From positions 2,106,828 through 2,170,827 of the forward strand of contig OZ243928.1 in NCBI GenBank assembly GCA_965213865.1: a stretch of DNA of 64,000 nucleotides, given 5' to 3'. The position numbers and the translations under genes were made by a program. The notes beneath the pieces are model-generated. The model searched no databases, was not told the DNA's origin, and saw only the letters and a list, made by a program, of their open reading frames with translations. This DNA is from Arenicellales bacterium (GTDB taxonomy: Bacteria > Pseudomonadota > Gammaproteobacteria > Arenicellales > JAJDZL01). This document shows positions 36,607 to 46,498 of the stretch, one piece after another (the first letter of the stretch is position 1; each line of letters starts with the position of its first letter).

Positions 36607-38103
36607 AGGTCACTGGACAAATACTCCATAGAGATACACCGATCTTAAACAAGACAACGGGGCGGCTTTGGCCCCCCTTGTGTCTTGGATTTTGCTTATC
36701 ATTTTTTCCCTTGCGTCAATTGTAAAATCACTCCATTCCGGGCGAGATTTATCTGGAAATTCCGCTCGCTGTTCCGATGTGGGTGAGCGCTTAGAGCCGC
36801 AATTCTCTCCGAGCTTGATGGACGCGTGATAGCCGTATATATCTTATTTGGAGGGAGTGTCAAATTCAGAAGGAGTCATTCATCCTTGAATATGTGAGCG
36901 GTTCTTAAAAATGGCAAACCAATCTTGTCATACATCTGGGCGATGAAGATGCCTTTATTGAAGATAAGTGTGTGGCCTAGGTACCACCCTTCAGCAGCAT
37001 GCTCCAATAGGTGAGGGTATTGCTGGTAGAGGGCGCAAAAACCTGAATTTTGAGACGAAATCCCCGTTACCGGGATCTAGACATCATCGGCAAGCGCAAG
37101 CACAGCGAGGACGCTCTTTGACTGCGCCTGCACAGCTTGCTAGTAGCGGCTGAAAAGACATCCCGATCGGCCTGGCGGTTGCTAGCGTTGGAAATAATGG
37201 GACGAGAAATCCTGGAACTGCCTTCGGAAGTCCTGATTTCAAACTCGAAATCGTAGTACTGGATCATCTTGATCAGGCCTGCTCCAAACTCCGCCCAACA
37301 GCCTGGATAGCGTCACGCTGACCATAGCCATGTTTTAAGGATACATAGAACGTAAATAGTGTCTGTCAAAAAACTCTATTTCCTTATCAAAATAATTGTT
37401 TTTGTCAATAATATTTCAATACCGATTTTCCGAAGATTCAGCTTTGAACACCGTTTAGAATTGATTTCGACAGCATCTTGCGTCTGAAAGCCTCGTTTCC
37501 GAAAATCTTCGTTTTCAGATCTGGTTTTCAACCCATTGTTATAATTGATTTATGTCGCTATATATGACTTTTCTGCCAGACACTAAATATCACATCTCTC
37601 CCAGATACAAATTTCATCTGGATCAGGTATTACATACAAAGCAGAAGTCTACGGACTAATTGAAGGAATCAATCTTGGCAGCGCCAAATGACTGGCACCA
37701 AAATGGTTTCATGCCGATTTATGTTTAGACAAGAATTGTGGCTAATAGGCAGGATATGCCTCACTTAAATTTACTGAATAATGTCTTTAAACCACCGATC
37801 AGCCGCAAAATGGAGATTTCTGACAGACACTAGATTGAATAGAATGGGTGAATCAGCAATGGAGAAAATCGATGAAACAGCTGGCGCTAGGCAATATGAA
37901 GGTATGGCTGGACGAGCAGAATCTCATGTGCTCGATGGCAATGCTCGAAGCGCTGAAACAAGGTGCCTATATCGACGAAAACGCATGGCTATTTTTCCCG
38001 CTTGACACGATCAGGTTGCATTTAGATTCTTTTATCAGCCCACAGCTGATTTCGAAGAATATTTTTTCTGTCGTAAAAGCAGTGATGCATGCAAGTCGCT
38101 GCA

Positions 38104-38556
38104 TCAGGTGCGATGAGGGGCGCTGTCTGGCTGCACATCCAAGGCCAGCCGCATACTGCTGAGCAGTTTCTCGCCGTCAATTTGCTTGAGGTCGAAAACT
38201 TCTTCTTGAACCAGCCAGTCAAAGATGATCGTCATCATTCTGTGCTGGGCTTCGTGCTTGTCGCCGGCTTTCACAACGAGTTGATCATAAAGCCGCCGCA
38301 CGCCAGGAGGCTGATCGGAACTGATCATTTCGATCAGGATTGAGTGGAAGGCCAGATGCATGAATGCCTCAGTATCAATGTCTGTCAGGTTCGCCGAGGA
38401 ACTCAAGGTCGCCTCAATCAATTCGTGAACTTGAGGGTGCATTTCAATGATCTTGCGTATCTGGGTTTCCAGCGAGTCAAGTTTTTCTCCGCGGAGATGC
38501 TTTTCCCATGCGGAAAAGAAAATTTCGTAATCGACAATGGATGAGGTATCTTTCAC
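38104..38556 (-). CDS. DUF1841-like protein
   Basis: Contains FFSAWEKHLRGEKLDSLE..MHPQVHELIE..FMHLAFHSILIEMISSDQPPGVRRLYDQL..GDKHEAQHRMM. GTG at 38556 with GGAG 8 nt upstream is preferred over the 38631 start, which overlaps nth. Confidence 0.5.
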   Translation of the reverse strand: MKDTSSIVDYEIFFSAWEKHLRGEKLDSLETQIRKIIEMHPQVHELIEATLSSSANLTDIDTEAFMHLAFHSILIEMISSDQPPGVRRLYDQLVVKAGDKHEAQHRMMTIIFDWLVQEEVFDLKQIDGEKLLSSMRLALDVQPDSAPHRT

Positions 38557-38587
38557 TTTTGCAGCTCCAGTTCGCTGTACTGCAAAA

Positions 38588-39262
38588 TCAGCGGCTAGGC
38601 TGCGCAGTTTTTGGGGCGCTGTCCGCTGCAATTTTCAATTTGTCAGGAAACTCGCATAAGTCAGATATCAAGCACGAATGACACAAGGGTTTGCGCGCGG
38701 TACAGGTGTAGCGTCCATGCAGAATCAGCCAGTGATGCGCGTCGACCAAAAACTCTTCGGGCACAGTCTTCAGCAGTTTGCGCTCAACTTCGTCAACATT
38801 TTTGCCGGGTGCCAGTCGGATGCGATTGCAGATTCTGAAGATATGCGTATCGACCGCGATGGTCGGCTGGCCAAAAGCGGTATTCAAGATAACGTTCGCT
38901 GTCTTTCTCCCAACACCGGGCAAAGCCATCAGCGCGTCGCGACTGTCCGGCACCTGGCCGTCATGCTTGCGCACAATCATTTCACTCAGGTTGATGATGT
39001 TTCTGGCTTTATTGTTGAAAAGACCTATCGTCTTCACCAGCTCTCGGACCTGCTCAAAACCAAGATCAAGCATTGACAGCGCATCTGGCGCGGCGCGGAA
39101 CAGGCGCCCAGTTGCAGCGTTGACCGCTTTATCGGTTGACTGCGCGGAGAGGACGACGGCAATCAGCAGCTGGAAATGGCTGCCATATCGAAGCTCGGTT
39201 GTCGGGTTCGGATTGGCTCCGCGCAGACGCGCAAATATCTGATATCGTTTCTGCGCGTTCAT
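38588..39262 (-). CDS. nth: endonuclease III
   Basis: Contains LIAVVLSAQSTDKAVN, the HhH-GPD motif LPGVGRKTANVIL, and the C-terminal 4Fe-4S motif CTARKPLCHSCLISDLC. Confidence 0.93.
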   Translation of the reverse strand: MNAQKRYQIFARLRGANPNPTTELRYGSHFQLLIAVVLSAQSTDKAVNAATGRLFRAAPDALSMLDLGFEQVRELVKTIGLFNNKARNIINLSEMIVRKHDGQVPDSRDALMALPGVGRKTANVILNTAFGQPTIAVDTHIFRICNRIRLAPGKNVDEVERKLLKTVPEEFLVDAHHWLILHGRYTCTARKPLCHSCLISDLCEFPDKLKIAADSAPKTAQPSR

Positions 39263-39939
39263 CCGCTCAGCCGTTTCAGTGGAGTATGGATTTCGCGCTT
39301 GCGCCTGTTTTTCCAGCGCTTTTGCCGCTCACGATTCACAGCGTCCCGAATCTGCTGCTGGATGCCCGAGGCGCTGAGGTCTGCAGTACTGCCGTTTTCT
39401 GCGGACAGCTGGCTTTGGCGGCGCTGTCGGCGTTTGTACGCAAGCTGACGCCAATGATTTGTCTCGCACGTTTCGTAGTGCGACCACCTGTCGCCAGCGA
39501 TTTGCGGCTGGCAGGGGAGCATCGAAATACAGTCGACCGGACAGTCATCAACACACAGTCCGCAGCCGGTGCAGTTGATTGCGATGACGCTATGCATATG
39601 CTTGGCGCTCCCCACAATCGCATCGGTCGGACACGGTGCAATGCAAAGTGTGCAGCCGATGCATTGAGCCTCGTCGATTTTGGCGATTGCTCTCCCTGTG
39701 AATGGCGCGCAGTCATCGGCCGCCGCGAGCGGCTCAACGCTGAAAATCTGCGCCAGTGCATGGATCGTTGCTGTGCCGCCTGGAGGGCAGCGATTAATGT
39801 CCGCCGCCCGATGCTCAAGCGCGTCTGCGTAGGCAATGCAGCTTGGGTAGCCGCATTGTGTGCATTGCGTCTGCGGCAAATACTGGTCAAGGGTGTATTT
39901 GTCAGCTCGCACTGCTGTTGATTTGGCGCTGCCAGTCAA
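39259..39939 (-). CDS. RnfB-related soluble ferredoxin (Fe-S cluster domain plus 2x[4Fe-4S]) with a basic C-terminal tail
   Basis: Contains CTQCGYPSCIAYADAL..INRCPPGG, then CIGCTLCIAPCPTDAI and CTGCGLCVDDCPVDCI. It has no N-terminal membrane anchor. Confidence 0.7.
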   Translation of the reverse strand: MTGSAKSTAVRADKYTLDQYLPQTQCTQCGYPSCIAYADALEHRAADINRCPPGGTATIHALAQIFSVEPLAAADDCAPFTGRAIAKIDEAQCIGCTLCIAPCPTDAIVGSAKHMHSVIAINCTGCGLCVDDCPVDCISMLPCQPQIAGDRWSHYETCETNHWRQLAYKRRQRRQSQLSAENGSTADLSASGIQQQIRDAVNRERQKRWKNRRKREIHTPLKRLSG

Positions 39940-39949
39940 TTTCGTCTTG

Positions 39950-41971
39950 CTAGCTGACTTTTGTTCCAGGTAAAGCGTCGCTGCCCGGGTCTAGCAGCCA
40001 AAGCCCAGCGTCGCCGCCTGCGGCCAGTACCATGCCCTCAGAGGTTCCGAATTTCATCTGGCGCGGCGTCAGGTTGGCAACGATCACAACATTTCTGCCG
40101 ACCAGTGATTCGAGCTCATAAAACCCTTTGATCCCAGCAATGATCTGGCGAGTGTCGTTTCCAAGGTCAACTTTAAGCCGAATCAGTTTGTTTGAACCCT
40201 CGATAGGACTGGCCTCAATGATGCGGGCGGTGCGCAAATCGATCTTGGCAAAATCATCGATCGATATAGTTTCGCTGCGCGGCGCAGATTCGGCCTGTGA
40301 CCGCTCTTTTTCGACGGAAGCGGCAACCATTGCCGCCACATCTTTTGGCTGCACTCTTTGCATGAGATGCTCAAACCCTGAAATTTTATGGTTCAGCAAG
40401 GGCGAGTCAATTTGGACGAACCGCGTCAATGCCTCATTGAGAAACCGAGCTGCAGACGCGCTCAGATTCGGCACCGCAGGCGACAGATAAATAATGAGCA
40501 TGCGGAACATGTTGATGCCTTGCGTGCACACCGCATGCAGCTTGTCTCGGCCGTCAGCTTCCTTGGCGATCACCCAGGGTTTTTCGTCGTTGATATACTG
40601 GTTGGCGCGGTCGGCGAGCGCCATGATCTGCCGCATTGCATAGCTGAAACGGCGCTCTTCGTAAGCCTGCTCAATGGCGGTTCGGGCTTGCGCCAATTCG
40701 CAGTACAAGTCTGGAGCATCAAGGCAATCGCCGAGCTGACCGCTGAATTTTCCAGTGATGAACTTCGCGCAGCGGCTTGCGATGTTGACTACTTTGCCCA
40801 CCAGGTCGGAATTGATGCGAGCGATGAAATCCTCCAGATTCAGATCGATATCCTCAATCCTCTCATTGAGTTTTGCAGCGTAGTAATAGCGCAGGCAATC
40901 GGGATCAAGGTGCGCCAGATACGTGCTGGCCATGATGAAAGTTCCGCGTGACTTGGACATTTTCTTGCCATTGACGGTCAGGAAGCCGTGGGCAAACACA
41001 TCGGTCGGCTTGCGAAAACCTGAGCCGTGCAGCATTGCAGGCCAGAACAGGGTATGGAAATAAAGGATATCCTTGCCGATAAAGTTGTAGAGCTCGGTGG
41101 ACTGGTCGTCTTGCCAGTAGGTTTCGAAGTCAATGCCTTCGCGGTCGCACAAGTTCTTGAAGCTCGCCATATATCCAATCGGCGCGTCCAGCCACACGTA
41201 AAAGTACTTGCCTTTTTCCCCAGGGATCTCAAATCCGAAATAAGGCGCATCGCGGGATATGTCCCAGTCTGCCAGCCCGATGTCAAACCATTCCTGCAGT
41301 TTGTTCTGCGCTTCGTTTTGCGACAGCACGGTCGCAATCCATTGCTTGAGCATCGGCTCAAAGTCACCCAGCCTGACGAATAAGTGCTCCGACTCACGCA
41401 GCTGCGGCGGCTTGCCGGACAGAACCGAGACCGGATTGATCAAATCGGACGGGGCATAGGTTGCGCCGCAGCTCTCGCAGCTGTCGCCATACTGGTCTTC
41501 GGTTCCGCAGCGCGGACACTGTCCTTTGACAAAGCGATCCGGCAGGAACAGGTTCTCATCGGCATCGTACGCTTGCGAGATGACTTTGCGCACAATATGC
41601 CCGTTTTCTCTCAGCTTTTCATAAACGTGCTCGGACAGCTCGCGATTTTCCGGCGAGTGCGTGGTATGAAAGTTGTCAAAGTCAATGCTAAATCCCGCAT
41701 AGTCAAGCTCATGGTCGCGCTGGTAATTTGCGATCAGCTTTTCAGGAGCAATGCCTTCGTTGCGGGCGCACAGCATGATCGGGGTGCCATGGGCGTCATC
41801 GGCACAGACGTAGTAGCATAGATTGCCCCGCATTTTCTGTGCGCGCACCCAAATGTCGGTTTGGATTGCCTCGACCATATGCCCTAAGTGAATCGGGCCG
41901 TTGGCATATGGAAGCGCGCTGGTGACTAATATTTTTCTTGGCATTACGTTATCGGCTATCGCATCAGCCAT
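39950..41971 (-). CDS. metG: methionine--tRNA ligase
   Basis: Contains ALPYANGPIHLGH, a zinc knuckle CPRCGTEDQYGDSCESCG, KMSKS and a C-terminal tRNA-binding (EMAP-like) domain. Confidence 0.96.
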   Translation of the reverse strand: MADAIADNVMPRKILVTSALPYANGPIHLGHMVEAIQTDIWVRAQKMRGNLCYYVCADDAHGTPIMLCARNEGIAPEKLIANYQRDHELDYAGFSIDFDNFHTTHSPENRELSEHVYEKLRENGHIVRKVISQAYDADENLFLPDRFVKGQCPRCGTEDQYGDSCESCGATYAPSDLINPVSVLSGKPPQLRESEHLFVRLGDFEPMLKQWIATVLSQNEAQNKLQEWFDIGLADWDISRDAPYFGFEIPGEKGKYFYVWLDAPIGYMASFKNLCDREGIDFETYWQDDQSTELYNFIGKDILYFHTLFWPAMLHGSGFRKPTDVFAHGFLTVNGKKMSKSRGTFIMASTYLAHLDPDCLRYYYAAKLNERIEDIDLNLEDFIARINSDLVGKVVNIASRCAKFITGKFSGQLGDCLDAPDLYCELAQARTAIEQAYEERRFSYAMRQIMALADRANQYINDEKPWVIAKEADGRDKLHAVCTQGINMFRMLIIYLSPAVPNLSASAARFLNEALTRFVQIDSPLLNHKISGFEHLMQRVQPKDVAAMVAASVEKERSQAESAPRSETISIDDFAKIDLRTARIIEASPIEGSNKLIRLKVDLGNDTRQIIAGIKGFYELESLVGRNVVIVANLTPRQMKFGTSEGMVLAAGGDAGLWLLDPGSDALPGTKVS

Positions 41972-42173
41972 CTAGCATCGGCGGGCCGACAGAAACAATC
42001 GGGCTGAGAGGTGTCATCAGAGCGTGTATTCATGTCAATGCTTAAATGGGTGAAAATCCAAATAACGCTCGCTGGGCTGCCGGCATGATGCTGATACTGG
42101 TTGCATCCGGCACAATATTTTTACCCCTGCGCGAACCGCACACAGTGCATTTGCCTGAGGATTCTCTGAAACA

Positions 42174-43148
42174 CTAGCCGTCTTGCCGGCCCGAGGCGCC
42201 ATTCATCTTTCCCTGCAGCACTTCGATCTGCTCCCGGCTGAGCTCAGTCAAGGCCGCAACTCTATCTGACTCCATACCCGCCTGCAGCAGATTTAACGCA
42301 ACTTTCTCCAGACCTTCCATACGGCCTCTCTCCAAGCCTCTCTCCAAGCCCTCCACGCGGCCTTCCTCGCGAAACGCATCTACAGCTGAAATCACCATCT
42401 CTCTATCCTCCTCGGTCGCGGTTTTAACATTCAGCACATCCTGCGGCTCAATGTCTTTATTGTACTTGCAAATGTAATCGATCACCAGCTGCAGCATGCG
42501 CCTGCGGCGTCCATGATCTACATGCCAGATGCGGCCGATCAGATCTGGCCACTCGCTGCGTTCAAAGTCGCGCACCACCGCCATCGCCCGTACCGCAATG
42601 TCAATGCCGGTTGCAGCCGCGCCGCCGGCGCGATCCAACTCATGAATATCAATCAGCACACATCTGAAATCCAGCGCATAGGCCATCAGCACCTCAAGAT
42701 GAGGCGGCGAGACGCTGCTGAACAGATCGCGGAAGCGAATCGAGGTGCGGGGATCTGCCGCATTCTGGCGCACCACGATGGGAATGACCAGCGATTGGAA
42801 GTCATCTTGGAGATACCACAGGAACTGATTGCGTGCCAATTGTTTCTCCAGCTCTCGGCTTTGGAAACTTTTGTGCTCGAACAGCAGCACCACACGGGCG
42901 GAGCCGCCGCCGCAAAGCTTTGCTGAATACACCAGGTCTGCGGTGCGGGCTGTCAGTCGGTCGACGGCAATCCGCGCCGGCTCAAGCCGCAGGGTGGACC
43001 ACTCAACAATGTCGAACAGCGCTTGCGGGCATCGGGCGCGGATCAGCATGATGATGTTCTCAGGCACCTCAAACACATCGCGGAAAAACTCATCGTGGAT
43101 GTTGGCAGCTATTTTTTCACTGGCAGATGAGACTTTTGGTTTTGGCAT
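42174..43148 (-). CDS. Rpn/YhgA-like PD-(D/E)XK recombination-promoting nuclease / putative transposase
   Basis: Contains HDEFFRDVF, ADLVYSAKL....VVLLFEHKS and a C-terminal EGRVEGLERGLERGRMEGLEKVALNLLQAGM repeat tail. Start set at MPKPKV (43148). Confidence 0.7.
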   Translation of the reverse strand: MPKPKVSSASEKIAANIHDEFFRDVFEVPENIIMLIRARCPQALFDIVEWSTLRLEPARIAVDRLTARTADLVYSAKLCGGGSARVVLLFEHKSFQSRELEKQLARNQFLWYLQDDFQSLVIPIVVRQNAADPRTSIRFRDLFSSVSPPHLEVLMAYALDFRCVLIDIHELDRAGGAAATGIDIAVRAMAVVRDFERSEWPDLIGRIWHVDHGRRRRMLQLVIDYICKYNKDIEPQDVLNVKTATEEDREMVISAVDAFREEGRVEGLERGLERGRMEGLEKVALNLLQAGMESDRVAALTELSREQIEVLQGKMNGASGRQDG

Positions 43149-43285
43149 GATTTCACCTTGTGAAACAGAGAAAAAACGGATGGAAAAAGACTGTGCCGCA
43201 ACTTGCCGCGGCACGGTGTGCGACTCAGTCAGAGGCTTTTTCTTAGTATATCACGGGACAATAATTGACTGGTCATGTCCCGCGA

Positions 43286-43540
43286 CCTTGATCGGCAGGC
43301 TGCCGCTGCACTTTGACGGGAAAGCCTTGCAATGAAATGGATGCCTCTCGGGTGACTGACGGCATCATCATGTGCCGGACTGAAATGGTTCAGTCCGACA
43401 GGAGCATCCGGATGAGGAAGATGCAAAAAATCCGCCAGGCCGGTGCGGATCGGGCCCAGAGCGTGATTCAGATCCATGCGGCTGGCCAAGCAGGTTGCAA
43501 GGTGATGAGCAGTCGGTTTTCAAGAGCCAAGGCGCTGGAG
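43286..43540 (-). repeat. IR-L, left arm of a ~250-bp inverted repeat
   Basis: Its reverse complement aligns with 45945-46214 with scattered mismatches and a 13-bp indel. It contains the perfect palindrome ccggactgaa..ttcagtccgg. It is contiguous with repeat R3 (43541-43798). Confidence 0.8.
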
Positions 43541-43798
43541 CCGATGAGTCCGCGCGCGCAGGCGATCAATGCGATGAGCTGGCGCTGTGCGGAGTCTGGT
43601 GCGGCGCCCGAGGGAGGCTGCAATGCGGGCGTACGCCTGCTGTGCGGTGAGAAGCGCGCGCCATCGCGCCGCGCCGGTCGGCTTTGTGGAAAATGCGGCG
43701 CTGAAAGCGCGGCCGGACCGCAATCCGGTGCGGCCGGGCAGGTCGAGTCAACGCATTCGGCGGCCCGCCCTCGCCCTCGGCATTGAACGTGCCGATTT
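43541..43798 (-). repeat. copy R3 of the recombinase-5'-end repeat family
   Basis: Its reverse complement begins ccaaatcggcacgttcaatgccgagggcga, as in R1 and R2. Confidence 0.75.
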
Positions 43799-43925
43799 GG
43801 GAATCCCTAAATCCGCTTTAGAGAAGCCAAAGACAAGAAAAGCCCTGCCAGTGTGATAGGCTGGAACTTAACCCCGTCTCCCCCATTGGGTGAGACATAA
43901 CCCAAGCACAGACAGGACCAGACGG

Positions 43926-45057
43926 ATGGAAATTGTACCGCATCGCCGCGAATCGACCGGCGCGAATTCACCTCCCGAGCCGGGCTGACGGCATTTGCGC
44001 ATTTCATGAGCAGGCTGGGCTTGAGCGAGCGGTGCGAGCCGCTGTTTCCGGCTGTCGGCAGCCGCCGGGGCTGTCGGGCCAGCGAGTATCTCCATGTGCT
44101 TGTGCTGCTGCTCATGGAGGGCGGGCAGTGTCTGGAGGATGTGCGCCATCTGCATGCCGAGCGGGGCTTGATGCCGCTGCCGGGCATCCGGCGGATGCCC
44201 CAAGCCGATGCCCTGGGCCCTGGCTGGGGCGCTGCGGCTCAGGCCCTGGAGCGGCTGAATGCGAGAGTCATACAGATGGCGCTGGGCGACCGGCGGCAGG
44301 TGAGCTGGATCTTGATGCGACCGCGGCGCTGTGCGGCAAAAGGCCTGCGAGGCGCACTTGTCTTGGACAGCGCGGCTGGATGCCGATGGTCGGCCGCATC
44401 GCGGCGACCGGGCCGGTGGCGGCGAGTGATTTTCGGCGCGGCAATCGCCCGCCGAACGATGACAATTCAGGTTTTATCAAGCGCTGCATCAGGGCCTTGC
44501 CGCCGGGGGTGAAGGTGACCCGGGTGCGCATTGATGCAGCCGGCTGGTCCAAGCCGGTCATCAGGCATTGCCAGGATCACGGCATTGGCTGTGCGATCCG
44601 GGCGAGAAGCGGCGCTCGCTGTAGTGATCCAGCGCCGCCTGAAAGACGAGGCCGATGACGGCGGTGCGGGGCGGACGATCAGACGATTGACTGCGACCGG
44701 CAGGTGTATCGCGCGATCGGGACCCGTCTGGATGCATTGGACGGCTGGGGCGACAGCGGCATTGTGCACTGGCACAGCCGGCGCGGCGGCCGCAGCGAGA
44801 ATCGGCTCCGGGAGCTGAGGCAGGATTTTGCCGGCGGGCGGATGCCGTGCAGCGATCATCAGGCCAATGCGCTGTGGCTGTCGCTCAGTGCGCTTGCATA
44901 CAGCGTGTCTGTGCTGTTTCGGCACACGCTGCCGCAGGAGCTTGGGAGCGCCCGCGCCTCGACGGTGCGCTGCCGGCCGCTGGCGATCAGCGGCCGATTC
45001 CCGATTTTTCTCACCGCTGCCGGCCGCCCCGCCAAAATCGGGCTCGAAAAAGGCTGA
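43926..45057 (+). mobile_element. IS1380-family transposase pseudogene (several frameshifts)
   Basis: EFTSRAGLTAFAHFMSRLGL..YLHVLVLLLMEGGQCLEDVRHL, then LDLDATAA..., then FRRGNRPPNDDNSGFI..ALPPGV..RIDAAGW, then RRGGRSENRLRELRQDFAGGRMPCSDHQANALWLSLSALAYS. These are spread over three frames. Confidence 0.65.
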
Positions 45058-45184
45058 AATCGACCGATTGATGCGAAAATGTCGCTCTAACGCGGACTTA
45101 GGGGGAATGCCGATAAACGAGCATGCCTGCCGGGATGTGGTATAATGCCAGGCATCACTCGCATTCCAGGAGAGGATAAAGAAA

Positions 45185-45711
45185 ATGAAACCGGCATCAG
45201 CATTCACCCCCCCCCGCTAAAATTAGCAGCGTTCCTGCTTCTGGCAGGCTTGGCGATGCCGGCCGGCCCGGCAGTGGCCGAGCAGTGCAATGCCTCCCAT
45301 ATTGAGATAACCAAAGTCTTCCCGACTACGGCATTTGTCAGCGAAAACCAGTCGCCTGGCGTGGTCCTCCGGTTCAAGCTAACGCGCTGCGACAATCTCG
45401 GCAGCAGCGGCACTCCCCGGGAATACCAGATTCCCTTCTGCGCCGAGTTCTTCGACACCACCCCGTGCGATGCCAACGCTACAGGCTGCCTGAGCAACAA
45501 TGTTGCCGGCGCTCGCGGTGTTGCAGCCGCCGACTGGCCGGTTGCCGGCGCGTTCAAGCGGTGCTCCTAAATTATTGAGACTCAGAACTTCCGAAATGCA
45601 CTCGTAGCCCCGTACAACAACGGCTTCCGGGACGACGGGGAGAATTCCCTGTACGTCATCATGCACAACCCAACCCGTCATCTGCGCATTCCCATTCGGG
45701 ACGATGACTGA
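45185..45711 (+). pseudogene. phase-variable-leader secreted protein, family member D (out of frame at C9; also an in-frame TAA at 45568)
   Basis: AGGAG precedes the ATG at 45185. MKPASAFT + C9 (45207-45215) runs into TAA. With C10 it reads PPPLKLAAFLLLAGLAMPAGPAVA/EQCNASHIEITK..CDNLGSSGTPREYQIPFC. The conserved C-terminal block APYNNGFRDDGENSLYVIMH..LRIPIRDDD* continues in the same frame after the TAA. Confidence 0.5.
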
Positions 45712-45944
45712 TCCTGCACCCGGCAATCAAGGAATCAAGCCATGATCGAAACGCAAGAAGAAGCGAGACCGATTCGGATGTACGCCGGTTTCGGTTGCTC
45801 GTCGGCGCGCGGCCTGCTCAGCTGATCCCTGACCCGATGCGCCAGCATCATCCTGACCTCATCCCAGGCCCATCAGGATGCGGCCCCCGCTGTGCGCCCC
45901 GCGGCCAGCCTCAAGGCCCGTCACGCGCGGACCCACCTTCTCAA

Positions 45945-46214
45945 GTACCTCCAGCGCCCGGCTCTTGAAAACCGGCGGCTCATCACCTTCCTGCCTGCTT
46001 GGCCGGCCGCATGGATCTGAGTCACGCTCTGGCCCGATCCGCACCGGCCTGGCGGATTTTTTGCATCTTCCTCATCCGGATGCTCCTGATCAAGGTTTCT
46101 GCCGGACTGAACCATTTCAGTCCGGCACATGATAATGCCGTCAGTCACCCGAGGGGCAGCCATTTCATTGCAGGGCTTTCCTGCCAAAGTACAGCGGCAG
46201 CCTGCCGATCAAGG
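45945..46214 (+). repeat. IR-R, right arm of the ~250-bp inverted repeat
   Basis: See IR-L. The two arms bracket 43541-45944. Confidence 0.8.
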
Positions 46215-46498
46215 CGCTAGAATCAGATCATGACTTCACCTTGTTCTGTCAATTTTGAAAAATTATGACGCATCTCAGCGTTTTCACGAACGCTTTGAAG
46301 AAGATTTGGTACTCGGCGGCATGTTACAATAACGGACAATGAACGAACCGATCGGAAATGGTGGCCATGATCTCATGCCAGGGCTCATCAGGCCTCTATT
46401 TTAGAATTCTCACTATACTTTTTCAGTTGCGAGCTGAACTGTTCTGTCCCGGATGCCGCAACTCGCGCATGGATGACTAGCCAGAGCGGACTTGCCCT

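Noticed and set aside
37848-38162. A 104-aa + strand ORF overlapping the 3' end of the DUF1841-like gene.
   Set aside because: It has no recognisable motif and overlaps the DUF1841-like gene convergently by 59 bp. It lies at the edge of the AT-rich tract. It was left unannotated rather than called as a gene.
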